A DNA stretch of 64,000 bases, from NCBI RefSeq assembly GCF_001194135.2, contig NC_068999.1, positions 1,365,859 through 1,429,858 on the forward strand, read 5' to 3'. Under the pieces are notes generated by a model. The model was not told the DNA's origin. It ran no database searches and worked only from the letters and a program-made list of their open reading frames with translations. A program made the translations under genes and the position numbers. Within the stretch, counting starts at the first letter, position 1. The number at the start of each line of letters is the position of its first letter. Source of the stretch: Octopus bimaculoides (lineage: Eukaryota). Of the stretch, positions 12,861 through 25,374 are shown piece after piece.

Positions 12861-12989
12861 GCTCCAGACATCGCGACCATTTCTAGCTTATGTATAAAGA
12901 AAGCTACATTCTTTTCCAACAAATACTCGTTCAGTTATACTTTTGGGGCCTCAAACAATAACATCAAACTGGTCGCGTTTGTACTAGCA
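12861..12989 (+). CDS. Weak candidate internal exon (129 nt, phase 0-0)
   Basis: Signals are ttacaaattttaaag|GCT...GCA|gtaagt. Only one frame is open: APDIATISSLCIKKATFFSNKYSFSYTFGASNNNIKLVAFVLA. The protein is not recognised. Confidence 0.2.
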
Positions 12990-13089
12990 GTAAGTATTTT
13001 GGAGGTTTCACCATTATTTCTAAAGTATATATTTACTGTAGATTATATATACATGCATACGTATTTACATATATATGAAAGTGCATGTG

Positions 13090-13096
13090 TGGCAGG

Positions 13097-13190
<94 letters not shown>
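13090..13190. repeat. Long pure (GT)n microsatellite (~50 units)
   Basis: Directly visible. Confidence 0.95.
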
Positions 13191-13193
<3 letters not shown>

Positions 13194-13789
13194 TCTCTGT
13201 GTGTATGCATGTTTGCGTGTGTGTGTGTGTATTTGAAAGTTTGAAATGTACTTGATAATTCGCAAACTTGCAGAATCGAATGCTACCAGTTAAAAGCTCC
13301 GCATTCCGGACACTAGAAGGCATTTAGCCTCCGGAGAGAAAACGCAGTGAAGATATGTGTGTATGTATGTGCGTGTGTGTGCGTGCGCGCCTGCGTGTTT
13401 ATGTGTTTGTGTATATGAATGAATGTGTAAACGTGTGTGCGTTTGTGTATGTGTGTCGATGAATGGAAGGCTTTGATTACAGGCATGTTGGATAAGAGTT
13501 GGCCTGAGGCTTCAGAAAAAAGACCAACAACAAAACAATAAATGCAGAAATTACAACAACAACAGCAAAAGTCACAGTCGATAGAATGAACATGTCCTTT
13601 TTATTTCCACATTTATTACATTCCGTATTTTCATGTCATTCATGTTTTCTTAATAAAATCGAATGAGAATTGTTTATTCAATTGGTCGGATGAGGTCATA
13701 CAACGTCTGCAGAAAATATCTTAATTGCACTGACAGCCTAAACAAAATAATTCACGTTCGCCGTGCCAAATGGAAATGAATGATGAAAA

Positions 13790-14044
13790 TATATTATCAA
13801 TTTTTCATCATTATTATTATTACTATTATCGTCATCATCATCATCATCAAGATCATTAATATCATTATTATTATTATTATTTCGGTTTATTACGTTTTGT
13901 TTTTATTTAAGACTGGAAAACATCAAACTGAAATAAATTGTAATTTGTGTTTGTATGTTATGCATTATTGATTATTATTATTGTTGTATATTAACATAGC
14001 TATTATTACTTTTCTTATAATGATCATTACCATTATTATTATTA

Positions 14045-14094
<50 letters not shown>

Positions 14095-14228
14095 ATTTAT
14101 TGTTATTATTATTGTTGTTGTTCTTGCCGTTGTTGTTGTTGTTGTTATTGTTATTATCATTATTATTTTTGTGCCTAGAGTAGAAAAGATTATCATTATT
14201 ATTATTATTATCATTAGTAGTAGTTGTT

Positions 14229-14306
<78 letters not shown>

Positions 14307-14330
14307 GAACAACAAATACTACTTGGTATT
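13790..14330. repeat. Compound trinucleotide field (ATT, ATC, GTT, AGT, ACT) including a SINE-A 3' end at 14171-14190
   Basis: Directly visible. gtgcctagagtagaaaag at 14171 matches the 3' end of the SINE-A copies and runs into (ATT)n. Confidence 0.85.
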
Positions 14331-15124
14331 CGAATAGTTATGTAGAGCAAGACCATAAATATTAAAGTTTCTATTAGTATTTTTAATTAGCCTTGAAGCT
14401 GGAGGCAATAAAAGAATTAAATCTGTCTTGCTGCAAGGCAACAACACACCACCAGCAAAGTAGAAGGAGGAACTTTAAAATAAACGCAGAAACATTTGTG
14501 CCTATTACATTACGCAGCAACTGTATTTAAACTTTTCGATATCTTTCTCTTACACTTGTTACTTCATGCCGTTTGTCTTCTTGTAAAAACAGAAAAGATG
14601 TTGAAAACATGTTCATAAAATAACACCAGATCCGCTCAAGGAATTTGACGTATGAGTATATGTGAATTTGGGAGGAAACAAAAAGGGAAAGCAGAAAAGA
14701 AAATGAACATAACAGATATAGGGAAATATAACCTACAGGCAGCGTTGTCTTCAATCACGCAGAGATTCAATGAAAAGCTGGTCGTGGATTGCACATATAC
14801 ACACAGAGATACGCACTCAGTGACACGCCTATACATACGCAAGAACGCAAAGCGCACGCATGTCAGTGCACACAAATATACGCATAAGCAAATACCTGTG
14901 TGTGTATAAATACACATATATGTGTGTCTGTGTGTTTATAGAGAGATATATACAACTTAATAGACAAATACATAAACATAAATATGTATGTATGTATACA
15001 TATATACATATATATATGCATATACATAGATATATATATATATATATGTATGTATGTATGTATGCATATGTATATATATATGTATATATGTATACATACA
15101 TACATACATAGACATAACAAATAG

Positions 15125-15155
<31 letters not shown>

Positions 15156-15762
15156 AAACATAACGATGCATAAATGTGTATGTAATATTCCGAGCGATTG
15201 CTACGAGAGTAACTTAAAGGCCTACAGATTCGTGATGAGCACTCATCAACCTCGTGGTTATAATATCCTGTGCTGTTTACAAGGCATAGAAAAGAGAAAA
15301 TTTTATATTCCTTTTAATATTCACTAAAAGTAACATGAAAATTTTAAAAACAAACCAATAAAATTTATACACAAAATCATATATACATACATATATATAT
15401 ACGTGTGCGTGTGTGTGTCTGTGTGTGTATTCGTCAGTATTAGAATATTATTTATATAAATTTGTATATTTGCAATTTTTGAAAATTGCTTCATGTTCTT
15501 TTCCTTTGTTACCATTGATGAATAAGCAAATATTGCTCAGGTTTTTTTTGTTTTTTTGTTTTTTTGCTTGGGAAGGAACAGAGAATATTCCAACTACAAT
15601 TTTGAATTTCTGCTTACTTTTCATTTACCGTTTTCAACATAAAGCATAGAAACGTACTTTCAAAATATTGTTCATTTCAATAAACAAAGTCAATCTGTAT
15701 TTATATTACACACAAGAATAAGAACAATGACGACGATGATGATGACAACGAAGACGATGGTG

Positions 15763-15802
<40 letters not shown>

Positions 15803-15829
15803 CCTTCTGTGAAATGGACAGAATGGTTT

Positions 15830-16408
15830 AACATAGCGGCTCAAGAGCAATGCCTACCTACAAGGAGCTACCAGGCCAACATATAGAAAAACGGCAGTAG
15901 ACCAACAGGTCGTGTATGAAACCGTCAGTCATGTTGTCTCCATGTGCAGTCTGCTTGCACCGACAGAGTATCTCAACAGGTATGATAGAGCAGCACAGTA
16001 TATTCACTGGGTTATTTACAAAAACATGGTCCTGCCCCGTGATAAAAGTTGCTTGGAACACGAGCCACCTCCAGTGCTTGAAAATGACCACATCTCACTC
16101 ATCTGGAACTTCACCATTCCAACTGACAGAAAGATAGATGCGAAGAGGCCACACATTATATTGAAGGATTCCGACAAAAATCATGCTTCCTCATTGATAT
16201 AACTGTCTTAATCGACATAAATGTATCTGTCAAAACCTATCAAAATCTGAGCAAGTATAAGGATCTTGGAAAAGAAATTGACAAAACATGTGGAGCCTCA
16301 TGACTAAAACAATACCTGTTGTCATAGGTGTCCTAAAAACGATAACAAAAGGGGCTGATTGCTACCTAGCTCAGATACCAGGAAATCCAAAAGTAGCATC
16401 AATTCAAA
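15830..16408 (+). mobile_element. R4/Dong-like LINE fragment (older subfamily): zinc knuckle and restriction-like endonuclease region
   Basis: IAAQEQCLPTRSYQANI*KNG.. then ORF 15912-16202 YETVSHVVSMC..EYLNRYDRAAQYIHW..IWNFTIPTDRKIDAKRPHIILKD; after a frameshift, CFLIDI..SKYKDL, then MWSLMTKTIPVVIGVL..QIPGNP. It is flanked by (AAT)n at 15762-15800 and 16408-16445. Confidence 0.85.
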
Positions 16409-17519
16409 ATGATGATAATAATAATAATGATAATAATAATAATAATCGGAAATGCACATTTCTAAAGTATTCTCAGACTCCATTTTATTTTACTTTTATT
16501 AAAAACTTTCTTCGTTCTAGAATTCTCCTTGTCCTTTAAATGTGCAATAGATCCTGTATTATTCTTGATTAAATTTCCACCTTTTACTTAAATTTTTATT
16601 CCACAAATAAAACAATATAAAACAAAATTCTGGGTTTTTCATTTATGCAAATTCATTCAGTCGTTCATTCACTCATTCATTCACTCATTCATTGACTCGT
16701 GTTTTCTTTTCTTGACTTGTTTTGCTTTCTTAATGTCCAAAGTTTGTTGCTGAAGTCGTCGTCGTCGTCGTCGTCGTTGTTGTTGCTGCTGCTGTTGTTG
16801 TGGTTGTTGTTGTTGTTGTTGTTGTTGTTGTTGGCATTGTTATTTCAAGCAATTAGTTTAATTGTTTTATTCTCTGAATCGGTGGAGCGGAAACAGATGA
16901 AAACAGCGCAAATTCTTCTTACTCTTTAAACAATAACAAGAGAAATTATCGTTTGACATGGTGACATCGAATGGCGTGGCAACAGAAAAACTATGATGAT
17001 GATAATGGTGGTAGTGGTGNNNNNNNNNNNNNNNNNNNNNNNNNNNNNNNNNNNNNNNNNNNNNNNNNNNNNNNNNNNNNNNNNNNNNNNNNNNNNNNNN
17101 NNNNNNNNNNNNNNNNNNNNNNNNNNNNNNNNNNNNNNNNNNNNNNNNNNNNNNNNNNNNNNNNNNNNNNNNNNNNNNNNNNNNNNNNNNNNNNNNNNNN
17201 NNNNNNNNNNNNNNNNNNNNNNNNNNNNNNNNNNNNNNNNNNNNNNNNNNNNNNNNNNNNNNNNNNNNNNNNNNNNNNNNNNNNNNNNNNNNNNNNNNNN
17301 NNNNNNNNNNNNNNNNNNNNNNNNNNNNNNNNNNNNNNNNNNNNNNNNNNNNNNNNNNNNNNNNNNNNNNNNNNNNNNNNNNNNNNNNNNNNNNNNNNNN
17401 NNNNNNNNNNNNNNNNNNNNNNNNNNNNNNNNNNNNNNNNNNNNNNNNNNNNNNNNNNNNNNNNNNNNNNNNNNNNNNNNNNNNNNNNNNNNNNNNNNNN
17501 NNNNNNNNNNNNNNNNNNN

Positions 17520-17804
17520 TTCTTCATGATCTTTGACAACTATATCTGGTCTATTTGCCTTAATTTCTCTATCTGTGTGTATTGGCATATCCCAGAGTAT
17601 GGTTGCTTTCTCGTTTTCTGTGACCTTTTCTGGCGTGTGTTTATACCATCTTTTTTCTGTTGTTATTCCATAATGTTGGCATAGCTTCCAGTGTATATAG
17701 GTCCCAGTTCTGTCGTGTCTGTGAATATATTCCTTCTTAGCCAGGACTGAGCAGCCAGAGATAATATGATTTATTGTTTCTTGTCCATCTCCACATATTC
17801 TACA

Positions 17805-17807
<3 letters not shown>
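17520..17807 (-). mobile_element. 5'-truncated young R4/Dong-like LINE: CCHC knuckle to RLE RPD motif, running into gap 17020-17519
   Basis: Stop-free 96-codon frame NCRICGDGQETINHIISGCSVLAKKEYIHRHDRTGTYIHWKLCQHYGITTEKRWYKHTPEKVTENEKATILWDMPIHTDREIKANRPDIVVKDHEE. The 5' junction abuts (TAA)n at 17805-17853. Confidence 0.9.
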
Positions 17808-17854
<47 letters not shown>

Positions 17855-18065
17855 CCTTTCTACTATAGGCACAAGGCCTGAAATTTGGTGGAGTTGGATA
17901 GTCGATAACATCAACTACAGTAGTTAACTAGTACTTGTTTTATCGAGCTCGGTAGAATGAAAGGCAAAGTCGACCGCCAAGGAATTCGAACTCATAACGC
18001 AAAGACTTACGAAATGCCGCTAAGCATTTCATCCGGCATGCTAAGGATTTTGCCAGCTCAACTCC
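17855..18065 (-). mobile_element. SINE family A (tRNA-derived; probably Nin/Deu-domain, OR1-like)
   Basis: Reverse complement of the family consensus seen at 27091 and 36747: A-box-like gagctggcagaaac, B-box gagttcaaattcc, gactttgcctttcatcc, and a (TAA)n tail. Confidence 0.85.
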
Positions 18066-18066
18066 T

Positions 18067-18097
<31 letters not shown>

Positions 18098-18274
18098 AAG
18101 AAGATTTTTTTTGAGAATCCTACAATTGGAAGAGAACTACATCTGCTTCTACTGCGGCTACTACTACTAATACGACTACAAGTACTATTGTTACTACTAC
18201 TAATGCTCCTGTTAAAAATCATCCTACTATTATTACTTCTTTTACAAATACAGTAAAGCCCACAACTAATGATT

Positions 18275-18314
<40 letters not shown>

Positions 18315-18357
18315 TAATAATAATAATAACAACGACAATAATAATAACAACAACAAC

Positions 18358-18413
<56 letters not shown>

Positions 18414-18486
18414 TGATGATGATGATGATAAATGGAGACGGAAAAACTTGACGTGATTCTGAAATCCTGATTATTATTATTATTGT

Positions 18487-18533
<47 letters not shown>

Positions 18534-18550
18534 ATTGACTATATTATTCT
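18066..18550. repeat. Compound trinucleotide field (AAG, CTA, AAT, GAT, TAC)
   Basis: Directly visible; source of the poly-K, poly-I, poly-L and poly-M pseudo-ORFs. Confidence 0.95.
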
Positions 18551-19209
18551 GGCCATGATGATGATGATGATGACAACAAGAACGTTAAAACTAAAATTTA
18601 CATTGTTGAACCGTAGTTTTGAAAATAAAAAGATCAGTAATTGTATAATTAGTTTAACGATGTGTTAGGAATTAAAACACTATTTGATCAATAATGTTAT
18701 TTTGTTTTCTGCTGTTTTTGTTTGTTTTTAATGTAAAGAGATCTCAAGCGCATTAGTGATGATGCGACGAAGTTATTAATATGAGATATAGTCTTTTCTT
18801 TTATTCTTTCTTTTTATCATCCAATTTGATTGTTCATCAGAACGAAGAACGAACCTGATTTATTCCCATTTTTTTCTTCTATTTCAAGTTCTGTGTTTAT
18901 TTTGAGATATTAAACCACAAAACATGAAACACTACAAAAAAAAGGCGAAAATAAAAAAGAAAAATGGAGAATTTCACACACTCAAAAGTGTGTGCTTTAT
19001 AACTTAAAAGCAAACGAAAATAAACAACAAAATTATAGGATTTAACACACATAATCATACTCACGCGCGCGCGCAACTTTAGGGTGTCAGCCAGTTGTAC
19101 CTGAAAATTAAATTATGAGTTTAGAAATAATAAATGAGAAATTTGGGGAAAGAAATTAAACTTAAATTAATGTTATCTGTTGTATTTTAAATCTTACTTC
19201 TTTTTAGAC

Positions 19210-19390
19210 ACGCTGAGCTACCGCCTTAAGGGTCTTTTTTCAGTTTCCGCGTGGCTATTCCTCTCACATGGCTCAGATCAACTTGAGGCTCTAGTGGAAG
19301 ACACTTGCCTATGGTGCCTCGTACTGGGACTGAACCCGTAAGTATGTAGTTGAAAAACATTGAGTTTTAAGACACAGTCGTGTCTGCTCT
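19210..19390 (-). mobile_element. SINE family B (tRNA head plus CORE-like ttgggcaagt segment; OR2-like), short variant without microsatellite
   Basis: The reverse complement gives gggttcagtcccagtacgaggcaccataggcaagtgtcttccactagagcctc...ggaaactgaaaaaaga, matching 57896-58033 and 50080-50188. Confidence 0.7.
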
Positions 19391-19679
19391 TATTCCTAGA
19401 GTTAGTCCGATGTTTTTAAAGTTCTGTGCTGGTTTTGATATATTAAATCACAGAATATGCAAAACCACAAAAATGTAAAAAAAGAAAGTAACAGCATTTC
19501 TTATGAAAGCTAAGGAAAAACAAACACACTCAACGAAGTCATAGGATTTAATATTGACACACACACATACGCACACACTTAAATGTGCGAAAAATGTATT
19601 ATGGATTTTAAAATGGTGAGCAATTTGCGAGAAAAATTTAGATTTTAAATTCATTTTATGTTTTCTATTGAGTTTTTTA

Positions 19680-19875
19680 CTTGCTTCGTTCATTGGACTG
19701 CAGTCACACTGGAGCCCCGAGATGAAGGATCAAGTCAAACAAATTTACCCCTCTGCTTATTTCCGTTTTTAAATCATGTTACTTATTTTATCGATCTTAT
19801 TGGCCGAATTGCTTATCAACGGAAAAGTAAACGAACCTATGCTCGTCAAGCGGTGGTGGAGGACAAACACAAACG
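19680..19875 (-). mobile_element. SINE family B 3' tail module, adjacent to CA/TA microsatellite 19876-19990
   Basis: The reverse complement resembles 50308-50430, and the plus strand resembles 42121-42240 (ttgcttc..tcatt.gact.c.g.ca..ctgga). Confidence 0.6.
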
Positions 19876-19926
19876 AAGTGGTACACATACATAGATACAC
19901 ACACACATACTTGTATATATGCGCAA

Positions 19927-19957
<31 letters not shown>

Positions 19958-20065
19958 CAGAAACACACACACACACACACACACATATATCGCCGGTAAA
20001 TCATAGATCCGTCTTTCCTCGTGTGTTGGTTGCACTACTTTATACTTGATTTTAACTGAAATAAC

Positions 20066-20175
20066 TGGGGCGCGGTTTATACATGGATCCAAGGTAAACC
20101 CATTACGAGAAATATATTTTGTACTAAGATTAAACATAAAATTAGATGGCGACTTTTACACAGGTAAATACGGTA
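20066..20175. mobile_element. Possible right end of a pogo/Tc1-mariner-type DNA transposon or MITE
   Basis: gggcgcggtttatac...ggcgacttttacacaggtaaatacggTA resembles the ...TTATAC...AAATACGG|TA termini of pogo-like MITEs. No matching left end was found. Confidence 0.3.
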
Positions 20176-22807
20176 ATTACTTGCAATAGTTTGTGAGTTA
20201 TTAATTTTGTAGGTATCAAACTCGTGAAGATGGTTACACTAATGTACTGCCATTCTGAAATATACTCCAAATGCACAATCCTAGCATAAAAAAAACTTTC
20301 CCTCGATCTACTTCAATTTGTCTAGTTCCCAACAAAGGGCGTCGATCTGAATGTGTGGCCTGTTGAGATAATTATGAAATATTTGTCAGTTCAGGCTCTA
20401 TCATCTTAGAAAAACAAAAAAACATATGTGTCCAGTATAATGATATACAGCAATTATTATACTTCTTAAGAAATCTAGTTTACTTACAATTTCAAACTCT
20501 TTTTAAACAGAGGCGCTCTGAGGCAAAATAACAGCAACAATTATCACCTTCCCTGGCTCATATTATCATATTCCTGCAGTAGAACGGTGTGCTGAGCTGC
20601 CCAACTTTATTTATGATGCGTAAAACACTAATAATTAGTGATCAATAAAATAAGTATTTGTATCAATATGTTTCTACAAAACTCTGAATATCGGCGTCCC
20701 ATCATAGCCGCAGCCCAATGTCGGAGACTTCAAGTTAAATAATCAGAAAATAAAATTGTAGGATGCCACACATGTGAATAGTAATGACAAAGCTATTGAT
20801 AATTACTTGCTTGAAACTGTAAATTCTTCGTGGAAGTAAAATTGGAGCCGACCAATGTTGATGACGGCGAAATTCTGGCGCCATTTCTTGCAACAAGATT
20901 TGCCGTTATGTAAATAGCCATTAAAACGCTAAAAGAAGGCTGTGAGCATAATTGGTAGAGCGGCGAGCAATGTGTCTCCTGGTATTTAACCACGCCTCCT
21001 TCAGTTCAAGGCTTAGTGTCAGTTATTTCTTTCATCGTTGTGTTGTTGGTGAAATGAAGTATTGGTGAATATTGTGTACTATCATCAATATAATCTCCTG
21101 CGCTTCTAAGTACATTCGAACGATTATTAATAGGTGAGACAGTATAATATCGACAGAAATAGAACATTCCTACAAAAATACGCAATAGATTAACATTACG
21201 TCAATTAAAATCATGATTTCAAATCCCAACAGTGTCATTTTGGCATGGTGTTTTTTTTTCTTTGTTTATAGAAAAACGACAATTACATTTCTACACCTGG
21301 AGGGCATTATTAGTCTTCCCCAATTTTCGGGAAACATAAAATAGCAAATTTCTGTCGGATAAAACACATAAGAGAATAAGGTTTCCTTGACGTCTTTAAT
21401 TTGGATACATCACTCTTTAGACATCTTATTATATCACTGTTGACGGCCATATGCATACACACATACATACATACTTAGATATATACACATGCCACACACA
21501 CGCACATGTATATACACATTTATATGCATGCATGTATAGTGAGACGGCAGATGATGAGGCTGATGAAGAGGAGGGGAAGTGGAGAAAACTTTGGTGATGA
21601 TGATGAGGAGGCGCAGGCGGAGCAGGAGGGGCAGGAGAGGCGGGAGTACGTTGTACATGGTTTCTATTTGCAAAATTTCCCTTGCTATAACTGTATAGCT
21701 AGAGGAATTAACACATGCTTCACTGGGAACTAGAACCACGTGATTGCAATGGCTAACTTCATAAGAACAGAATGTCGAATGCACCCAAAAACAAACAAAC
21801 AGCATCAACTTCGCCTTTCATCTCAGCAGAATCGAGTGAATTAAATTTTAATGATGCAATGTGCATGAATTCATAGTATGCACTGCTTTAGGCGATTTCA
21901 TATAAATAAATATTTGTAATGTCAAATAAGGTTGGAAATTGCTGAAGATTAGATTTATGTTGCCACGGTTAGAGATAGTATAAATATTCGTAGAGATATG
22001 CATTAGAGTTTCAGGATAATTATACAAAGACACGTATTTCTCATTTCATTGGATAGAAATTATGGTATCTTGCTTTTGAGGTTGGTGGTAAATGAGGCAT
22101 TAAATATGTGTTCGCTACACCAACTTTCACTTTCTTGAGTGGGGAAAGGATTTTTATTTAGACATCCAAAGTTTCAAATCTTCGCATATTTATTCATGCC
22201 AGCATGAATATCTATCTATCTATATTTGTAACTATCTATCTGTCTGTCTCTCTCTATGTATCGGTGTGTGTCTGTGTGTATTATAAAATGATGATTTGTA
22301 TACTAATTCTTTACACATTCCGATGGATTCAGACGCAAATATGCCAGTAGCTGATGTGTACGTCACAGGAGAACAACTTCTCTCTTTTATGGCGTATGTG
22401 TGGTTTTAACACACGCGACGCATTGGCACAAGTAATCTTGGAACACCGATGTCTCAACATCTTCCGATTACCATTTGAATCCCATCTTGAGAAGATTTCT
22501 AAATGGATTTCTTAAATATCTGAGAAATCAGAACTTTTCAAGTTCTGAAACATGAATACAGATATCGACTGGTGATTACTTATAACTGCAGTTAGTTTGT
22601 TATAATTCGATAAATTATCAGTCTGAGAATATGACTGATTCCATTGAATGAATGTAACAATGGGAGTTTTAAAAGTTTCACTATATGTGGAACACAGCCA
22701 AATTATTATTTAAGCGTTCACTGTGTGTCCTCCATTTTAGATGAAACAATTGTAATTTGATCTATATAAAGATTTGATCACTCGAATTTTGTTGTTTGTA
22801 ATTACTT

Positions 22808-22843
<36 letters not shown>

Positions 22844-22956
22844 GTGTGGTAAGAAGCTTGCTTTCCAACTTCATAGCTCTGAGTTCAATCCCATTATGTG
22901 ACATCTTATATGTCCTCCTACAGCCTTGGACCGTCCAAGGTCTTGTGAGTGAGTGT
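22844..22956 (+). mobile_element. SINE family B head (degenerate), followed by (AT)n and a gap
   Basis: gtgtggtaagaagcttgctttccaac...gagttcaatccc...agccttggaccgtccaaggtcttgtgagtg. Confidence 0.7.
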
Positions 22957-23817
22957 CATATATATATNNNNNNNNNNNNNNNNNNNNNNNNNNNNNNNNN
23001 NNNNNNNNNNNNNNNNNNNNNNNNNNNNNNNNNNNNNNNNNNNNNNNNNNNNNNNNNNNNNNNNNNNNNNNNNNNNNNNNNNNNNNNNNNNNNNNNNNNN
23101 NNNNNNNNNNNNNNNNNNNNNNNNNNNNNNNNNNNNNNNNNNNNNNNNNNNNNNNNNNNNNNNNNNNNNNNNNNNNNNNNNNNNNNNNNNNNNNNNNNNN
23201 NNNNNNNATATATATATATATACATAACCATATACAAATTTATATAAAAATACAACCATACATTAATGTGTGTGTATGTGTGTGCATGCATACACACAGA
23301 CTTGCACGTTCATGCATGTACACTGTTCGATATATATTTTCACAATTTACTTCATCTCCCATAAGATTTAGCACTTTAAAAATATATTATCAGAGAGTGA
23401 GAGAGAGAGAGGGGGAAGAGGGAAATAGTAAGAGACAGAGAGAGGGAAGAGGGAAATATTGAGAGAGAATGAGAGAGCAACAGCATGTCTCTATATTTCT
23501 TCTGGCTGTACAAGGTTTGTTTACCATTCCACTCGCTCGTACTATTTCTTTTACTTTTTCTTCATTATAATTATGTTTAATTTTAAATTTACTCACAGGG
23601 CGGCCGTGCCTTTCTATACCTTCTGGCACAAAAGTGTTTCCTCCCAATTTCCCTTGCATTTCAACTTATTTAATTAGTCTTCCTCTACCTTGGTTTTAAC
23701 TCTAATTACATCATTAGAAATAATTATTCGCTATTCACCTCTACGGGTTAACCCTCACACTTACACTTTTCTTCAAACTACTTCTGTACAATCCGCCATA
23801 AACACCAACACGTGTGC

Positions 23818-23863
<46 letters not shown>

Positions 23864-23866
23864 GCA

Positions 23867-24270
23867 CAGTAATCCCTCGATTATCGCAGGTGTTACGTTC
23901 AAAACCCCGCGATATGTGAATATCCGCGAAGTAGAAACAGTACCGTACTGTATATTTCTTTTTATTATTTTTATAATTTGTATATATTCATTGTATTATT
24001 TTTATATATTTAAGCTTTTATAAACTCTGTGCACACTCTTAACAGTTTCGCTTTTCATACAGTCTGGGCGAATTTTTGTTTACTCATCTACAGTACACAA
24101 TGAATTTTCTTTTAATATATTTTAATTAATGTGTTATACAGTACAGTACTGTACTGTATAATTTTATTTATTAATTTTTAGGTGCGAAAATGCTTATTTT
24201 ACAACCGAAATAGTTAAAATCTAAAAAAAAAAAACCATGCCTATCGGTCGCAGAAGCCGGTATGTATTTA
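23867..24270 (+). mobile_element. Tigger/pogo-like DNA transposon left end with AT-rich internal sequence
   Basis: CAGTAATCCCTCGATTATCGCAGGTGTTACGTTCAAAACCCCGCGATATGTGAATATCCGCGAAGTAG has the CAGT..CCC..G.TTATCGC.G..G.TACGTTC..ACCCC.CG layout of Tigger-like termini. No right TIR is seen and the right boundary is uncertain. Confidence 0.6.
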
Positions 24271-24372
24271 TATATATTTGACAGAAAAATCAAACATAGT
24301 AAGAGCGTGAGAAAATAGAATAGGAACTGCCATATATATACGAATAATAAATGCTCATGCAGAGAAAAATCA

Positions 24373-24570
24373 AAATGTCCATTGATGGACCTCTGTATGA
24401 CTACAAACCTTGTATGTAAATGTACAGTCCACACAAGGGGAAGGCCGTATTGTTATAGTGGACAGACGGCTGATTCCTTTAAGAATCGTTATCGTAACCA
24501 TGTCATCAGCTTTAAGAGAATCAATAATAGATGTTTAACATCTTTGACTGATTTTGTGTGATGATAAAAT
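24373..24570 (+). mobile_element. Penelope-like element relic: GIY-YIG endonuclease
   Basis: KCPLMDLCMTTNLVCKCTVHTRGRPYCYSGQTADSFKNRYRNHVISFKRINNRCLTSLTDFV* fits the CPLxGxC..VYKCxV..YIGxT..FKxRYxNHxxSF..TxLSxxVW pattern. Confidence 0.8.
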
Positions 24571-25289
24571 TAAATACAGCATAATTGATCCATAGTAAGG
24601 CACGCAAAACCATATAATATCATTTCTGAAGAATCTCTGTTTATTCTAGGGACCAATGAGAAGATCATTAACAGAATTTCTGAAAGACTCTCAATATGCT
24701 TACATGCGTAAAAATGTATCTTCGCACAATGCAGTGCGAATGAATTTGAGTCACTGTTAACATAATTTACTTTAAGGTATGGATGAATTATATTCAGTTT
24801 AAACTGCCCTATTCTAATAAACACCAAGTAGCTATTTAACTTGCTTTGTGATCGGGAGTGCACCAAACCAAACGTGTGCGTACGCTTACATTTTCGCGGA
24901 TGCTTGCATGAGCGAGTGTACACGCGCCATGCAGCTTGCGCGATGGCGTTTATACATCCATATTTGTAAAGGTTATTTTCAATACGTTTCTTCCTGCATT
25001 GCGTGTTCATTCCCTTTATTTTGCATCAGTGATTTTATTTTTCATCATTTATGTAAATGAAGATAGTTTCTTCGTTTTCCTGCATTTCTTTCCACGAAAT
25101 GATAAGTTACATTAGGCAGCTATTATCTTAACGAGTTATGTCTATTTATCACCCGATGAGACACATCTACACCGCCGTACGCTGCTGAACCGGTTGCTAA
25201 GTGTTCCACCCGTGATGGATTGCTGCTACATGTGTCGAAACAATTGTCATGATTATATCCATCTTCGGCCTTTCATTTACCATACATAC

Positions 25290-25325
<36 letters not shown>

Positions 25326-25337
25326 GCACACACGCAC

Positions 25338-25374
<37 letters not shown>

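Noticed and set aside
24596-24606. taaggcacgc matching the 5' end of miR-124
   Set aside because: Only 10 nt match, there is no hairpin, and it lies at the edge of a Penelope relic.
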